From an uncultured archaeon (GTDB lineage Archaea; Thermoproteota; Bathyarchaeia; Bathyarchaeales; Bathycorpusculaceae): a stretch of 64,000 bases of DNA. How positions within the stretch are numbered: position 1 is the stretch's first letter; every line of letters begins with the position of its first letter. A program made the position numbers and the translations under genes. The stretch is taken from contig CAWENF010000014.1 of assembly GCA_963810275.1 (NCBI GenBank), forward strand, positions 96,001-160,000, given 5' to 3'. The notes beneath the pieces are model-generated. The model was not told where the DNA came from, did not search any database, and was given only the letters and a program-made list of their open reading frames with translations. Positions 60,293-64,000 of the stretch are shown here, piece by piece.

Positions 60293-61488
60293 CTCCGATT
60301 GCTTATTACGTCATCAAACAGCGCAAGGTACTTTCTGGCGGTATTGGGCCAAGTGAAACCGCGGCTATACTGGTAGGCGTTGCGTTCCACTATGCGCCTC
60401 AAACTGCGCTTCTCAATAAGCTCACCTACTTTTTCAGCAATGGACTCAGAGTCATTAAAGCGAATAAATACTCCTCTGCCTTCAGCCAAAGCTTCCTTCG
60501 CATGTAAGTAAGGCGTAGAAACCACGGCTTTGCCAGCTGCCAACGCATATGACAACGTGCCACTACTAACCTGGTTAGGTGACAGGTAAGGCGTGATGTA
60601 AACGTCAGTGGCTTGCAAGTAATTATATAACTCGGGTTTGGAGAGGAACCGATTAAGAAAACGAACATGTCTCTGTAGCCTTAAATCTTTCACCATTCCA
60701 TGAAGCATGTTTCTGTATTCTTCGCTGTCACTACGTTTAACCTGCGGATGTGTTACCCCTAACACGTAGTAGACGAGTCGGGGTTCACGCTGGACAAGCT
60801 CAGGCAAAGCTGCAATTACGTTCTCGATTCCTTTACCGCGGCTCAGCAACCCGAAAGTCGAGAGCACAACCTTGCCGTCTAAACCCAATTGTGACTTTGC
60901 CGAGTCGCTATCGACAAGCGGCAGATCAGGACAGCCATGCGGAATAACCCGTACCTTCCAAGACGGCAAATTGTAATTGTTCAATAAGAGTTCACGAGCA
61001 GAATGGTTAAGCACCACTAAAGCTGTGCTTTTCTCTGTGACGCGGTGGAAAACCTCCTTGGTTTTACCTTCAAAGTTCGGTAGCACTGTATGCATTGTTG
61101 TTACGACGGGCTTGTTAAGCCTTTCAAGAAAACTACATATGTATTCACCTGATTCGCCTCCGAAAATGCCGAATTCATGCTGTACGTTAACTACTTCTAC
61201 TTGGGTACGATTTAAAAAATCAGCCATCAATACATAGTCCTCTTCATAGTCACGTCCGATTTTATGTTCGAAGCCTTTGTGTGGAGGGCGAAAAAGGCGG
61301 CGTCCATCTACGGATATCACGGTTTGGCTTTGAAGCTGGTTAAGCTGGGCGACTGCTCCTACTAGGTCGGCAGTGAAAGTCGCTATACCGCATTTTCGTG
61401 GCGGAAAAGTGCTCACATAAGCAACCTCTTTAGTAATAGCTAATGTAAAAGGGTGCGTAACAGTGTTTGCCAACGATAATTCACGCAT
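60289..61488 (-). CDS. GT4 glycosyltransferase
   Basis: STFPPRKCGIATFT, QHEFGIFGG, TFGLL...KGIE, QVSSGTL. Confidence 0.92.
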   Translation of the reverse strand: MRELSLANTVTHPFTLAITKEVAYVSTFPPRKCGIATFTADLVGAVAQLNQLQSQTVISVDGRRLFRPPHKGFEHKIGRDYEEDYVLMADFLNRTQVEVVNVQHEFGIFGGESGEYICSFLERLNKPVVTTMHTVLPNFEGKTKEVFHRVTEKSTALVVLNHSARELLLNNYNLPSWKVRVIPHGCPDLPLVDSDSAKSQLGLDGKVVLSTFGLLSRGKGIENVIAALPELVQREPRLVYYVLGVTHPQVKRSDSEEYRNMLHGMVKDLRLQRHVRFLNRFLSKPELYNYLQATDVYITPYLSPNQVSSGTLSYALAAGKAVVSTPYLHAKEALAEGRGVFIRFNDSESIAEKVGELIEKRSLRRIVERNAYQYSRGFTWPNTARKYLALFDDVISNRR

Positions 61489-61622
61489 ACATTTGAGGTT
61501 TTAATGTGTTTAAGCCCATGTGATTGTGCAGCAGCAACAACACAGGTATTTTGCATCGGTAACTCGCCACATTGTTTATATTTAGCCTCGAAGAAGTGCC
61601 TCGGAGGAAGAGGGAAGGGAAA

Positions 61623-62516
61623 ATGAAGAGATTCAAACAGAATCCCATACTGGAACCTTTAAAAGAAAACAATTGGGAATCCAAATGTGTTTTCAACGCA
61701 GCAGCCATATCAACCAATGGCATGATACACATAGTTTACCGCGCCATGGGAGATGACAATGTATCACGATTGGGCTACGCCACTTCAGCTGACGGATTTA
61801 CCATAAAAGAACGATTCGACACGCCCATCTTTAGCCCAGTTAACCATGCTGAGCTAAGCGGATGTGAAGACCCACGACTAACATTAGTCGATGATCAACT
61901 GCTTATGGCATACACAGCATACCGAAACCACGACTTCCCAGTTATATATCAAATCTCCTTAACAGCCATAAACCTAGAAGACTTTAACAATCGAAAATGG
62001 AACTGGAAAGAACGCACTCTACCGTTCCCAAATGTCCGCAATAAAGATGCTGTAATCCTACCTAGTAAAGTAAACGGAAAATATTTGATGTTCCATCGTG
62101 TAGAACCCAGCATCTGCATTTCCTACTCGGATGATCTAAAACGTTGGTATGATTTCAAATCCATCATGGAACCAAGGGGCAATATGTGGGATAGCCAAAA
62201 AATCGGTGCCGCAGGTACCCCAATTGAACTCAATGAAGGTTACCTCTTTATCTACCATGGCGTAGACGAACGCAAACATTATTCGCTTGGAGCGGCATTA
62301 TTGGACAAGAGCAACCCAGAGAAGGTTTTATATCGAAGCGAGAAGCCGATCTTGACACCAAGCGAACAGTATGAATGTGTAGGCGACGTACCTAACGTGG
62401 TTTTCAGCTGCGGTAACGTTCAACTAGATGACCAAGTCATCGTCTACTATGGCGGAGCAGATAAAGTTCTCTGCGGAGCAAGCTTTGAACTAAATGAACT
62501 TCTGCCCAAGAAGTAA
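61623..62516 (+). CDS. Second GH130 mannoside phosphorylase-like protein
   Basis: VFNAAA, VYRA, GCEDPR, NKD, FHR, YHG, NVVFSCG. Confidence 0.9.
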   Translation: MKRFKQNPILEPLKENNWESKCVFNAAAISTNGMIHIVYRAMGDDNVSRLGYATSADGFTIKERFDTPIFSPVNHAELSGCEDPRLTLVDDQLLMAYTAYRNHDFPVIYQISLTAINLEDFNNRKWNWKERTLPFPNVRNKDAVILPSKVNGKYLMFHRVEPSICISYSDDLKRWYDFKSIMEPRGNMWDSQKIGAAGTPIELNEGYLFIYHGVDERKHYSLGAALLDKSNPEKVLYRSEKPILTPSEQYECVGDVPNVVFSCGNVQLDDQVIVYYGGADKVLCGASFELNELLPKK

Positions 62517-62710
62517 CCTCACAAGAGGTTTAAGCGCTTTCTTATTTTTTCCTCATTTAATGTAGGCACTTTTTTGTAGTCACATATTCTTAAATCGCCG
62601 TAAAATAGAATTTAGGTGGTAGCGCCGTCAAAAATTTATGTTGACAAAAATGCAGTCAGGATAACACTATTTTTGGTTTAACAGTTGTCTGCTGATAGGA
62701 AAGTGAAGTT

Positions 62711-63229
62711 ATGGCTAAAACTGATAGAGACCAAGCCAGACCCAGACATTCTAAACTGGACTTCACAGAAGACTTAATACCCAAATTGAAGCAAATCACA
62801 AAGCAACAGACAGAAACGGATGAAAAGGAACCTTCTCAGCTTGCAGGAAGAATATCAGGAACAATGGAGGATTTAGAGAGACTTCAAAGCACTGAGATGG
62901 CGGCAACTGATGAAGTTAAAGCATGTATAAAGGATTCGCTTGAGTGCTTCCAAAATTGCACAAAAACCTCCCGCCAATGCATCTCAAGAGGAGGGAAATA
63001 TGTCGAGACAAAAACCATTAAGTTGCTTATGGATTGTGCAAAAATTTGCAACGTCAACGCAGACTTCATGCTTCGCGATTCAACCTACTACCCGCAAATC
63101 TGCGGTTTAGCAGCGGACATATGTGATGAATGTTCAGATAACTGCGACCGATTTGATGAACCGTTCATGCGGGAATGTGCCGGGATTTGTAGACGTTGTT
63201 CAGAGTCATGCCGGGAAATGGCAAGATAG
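62711..63229 (+). CDS. Cys-rich four-helix-bundle (DUF326/Csp-like) copper-binding protein with N-terminal extension
   Basis: Repeated CxxxC/CxxC (DCAKIC, ICDECSDNC, CAGICRRCSESC). Confidence 0.82.
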   Translation: MAKTDRDQARPRHSKLDFTEDLIPKLKQITKQQTETDEKEPSQLAGRISGTMEDLERLQSTEMAATDEVKACIKDSLECFQNCTKTSRQCISRGGKYVETKTIKLLMDCAKICNVNADFMLRDSTYYPQICGLAADICDECSDNCDRFDEPFMRECAGICRRCSESCREMAR

Positions 63230-63306
63230 GTCTTGCCTTTCGTTTACGGTCATAACGATTGTTGATTGCATACATTGAGACGGTTAATTAATAGCTTTGG
63301 AATTAA

Positions 63307-63320
63307 GAAAAACTTATATT
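63307..63320 (+). promoter_or_regulatory. BRE/TATA upstream of the thermosome gene
   Basis: GAAAAACTTATATT. Confidence 0.45.
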
Positions 63321-63382
63321 TCAAGCTTTAATTGTTGAATTCCAGCTTATACTTTAAAGCAACTCTAAGATTGGTGAAAATT

Positions 63383-64000
63383 ATGTCACAAGGTGGAGCA
63401 GGAAACATCCCCATTCTAGTATTAAAAGAAGGCACAGGAAGAAGCACTGGCCGTGAAGCTCAAAGAAACAACATTATGGCGGCAAAAATTGTTGCTGAAT
63501 CAGTTAAAACCACGCTGGGTCCATGCGGTATGGATAAGATGCTGGTTAACAGCATGGGAGACGTCGCCATAACGAACGACGGAGCAACCATTATGAAGGA
63601 ACTTGACGTTCAGCACCCCGCAGCGAAAATGCTGGTGGAAGTCGCCAAAGCACAGGACAACGAAGTCGGCGACGGAACCACAACCGCAGTCATACTCGCC
63701 GGCGAACTTCTCGCAAAAGCAGAAGCACTGCTGGACAAAAACGTCCACCCAACAGTCATAATCGAAGGCTACAAGAAAGCAAGCGAGAAAGCACAGGAAA
63801 TCCTACAAGCCATCTCTTTGCCGGTCGCATTTGACAACGAGAAAACCCTCAAGGAAGTCGCAGTTACATCCATCTCAAGCAAAAGCATTAACGTAGCTGA
63901 AGATCACTTCGCTAAAATCATCGTTGACTCTGTTAAGCAGGTGTCTGAGAAAGTTGAAGGCAAATACATAGCAGACATCGATTTAATCAAAATCGTCAAG
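63383..64000 (+). CDS. ths: Thermosome (group II chaperonin) subunit, N-terminal part
   Basis: Manual translation: [39 protein letters not shown]; runs off window end. Confidence 0.97.
   Translation, partial: MSQGGAGNIPILVLKEGTGRSTGREAQRNNIMAAKIVAESVKTTLGPCGMDKMLVNSMGDVAITNDGATIMKELDVQHPAAKMLVEVAKAQDNEVGDGTTTAVILAGELLAKAEALLDKNVHPTVIIEGYKKASEKAQEILQAISLPVAFDNEKTLKEVAVTSISSKSINVAEDHFAKIIVDSVKQVSEKVEGKYIADIDLIKIVK

Noticed and set aside
1-64000. Genome-wide TAG reassignment suggested by in-frame TAGs at 18973 and 32120
   Set aside because: TAG terminates conserved genes at their expected ends (for example SBDS, rps9, aglB), so it functions as a stop.
1-64000. Numerous antisense or nested ORFs in the six-frame track; tRNA, rRNA, CRISPR and IS elements
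   Set aside because: The nested ORFs are shadows of well-supported genes; I saw no tRNA cloverleaf, rRNA, repeat-spacer array or transposase by eye.

Overview
64 kb of an archaeal chromosome, most likely Bathyarchaeia (TACK). The assignment is inferred from gene content: PolB1-type polymerase, exosome/proteasome operon, STT3-like AglB, thermosome, and characteristic paralogous surface-protein families. Most of the window is housekeeping: partial smc; the S13-S4-S11-RpoD-L18e-L13-S9-RpoN operon; the PsmA-SBDS-Rrp4-Rrp41-Rrp42-L37ae-Pcc1 operon; PolB; an AglB/GPT/topoisomerase IA/CarS region; repair genes (RadB, XPD, Nth, EndoIV) and a Clp1-type kinase; a cobamide nucleotide-loop cluster (cobZ, DUF71, cobT, cobS, cobY); ECF A/A'/T; prefoldin beta; Sua5; and a partial thermosome. 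Four features stand out. (1) A bacterial (Acinetobacter-type) bifunctional mannitol-1-P dehydrogenase/phosphatase MtlD lies between two core operons. (2) A GT4 + six-hairpin + CBS + two GH130 phosphorylase locus may encode a mannoside synthesis/turnover system. (3) There are eukaryote-like OSTC/DC2 (OST3/6-family) and PAC4-like proteins. (4) C-terminal PIP-box-like motifs occur on a DUF488 protein and on an inactivated RadA paralogue. Single-base indels interrupt essential genes (rpl13, topA, sua5), so the assembly probably carries sequencing errors, and pseudogene calls are provisional. I found no rRNA, tRNA, CRISPR array or transposase. All family assignments come from motif recognition by eye, not database searches.
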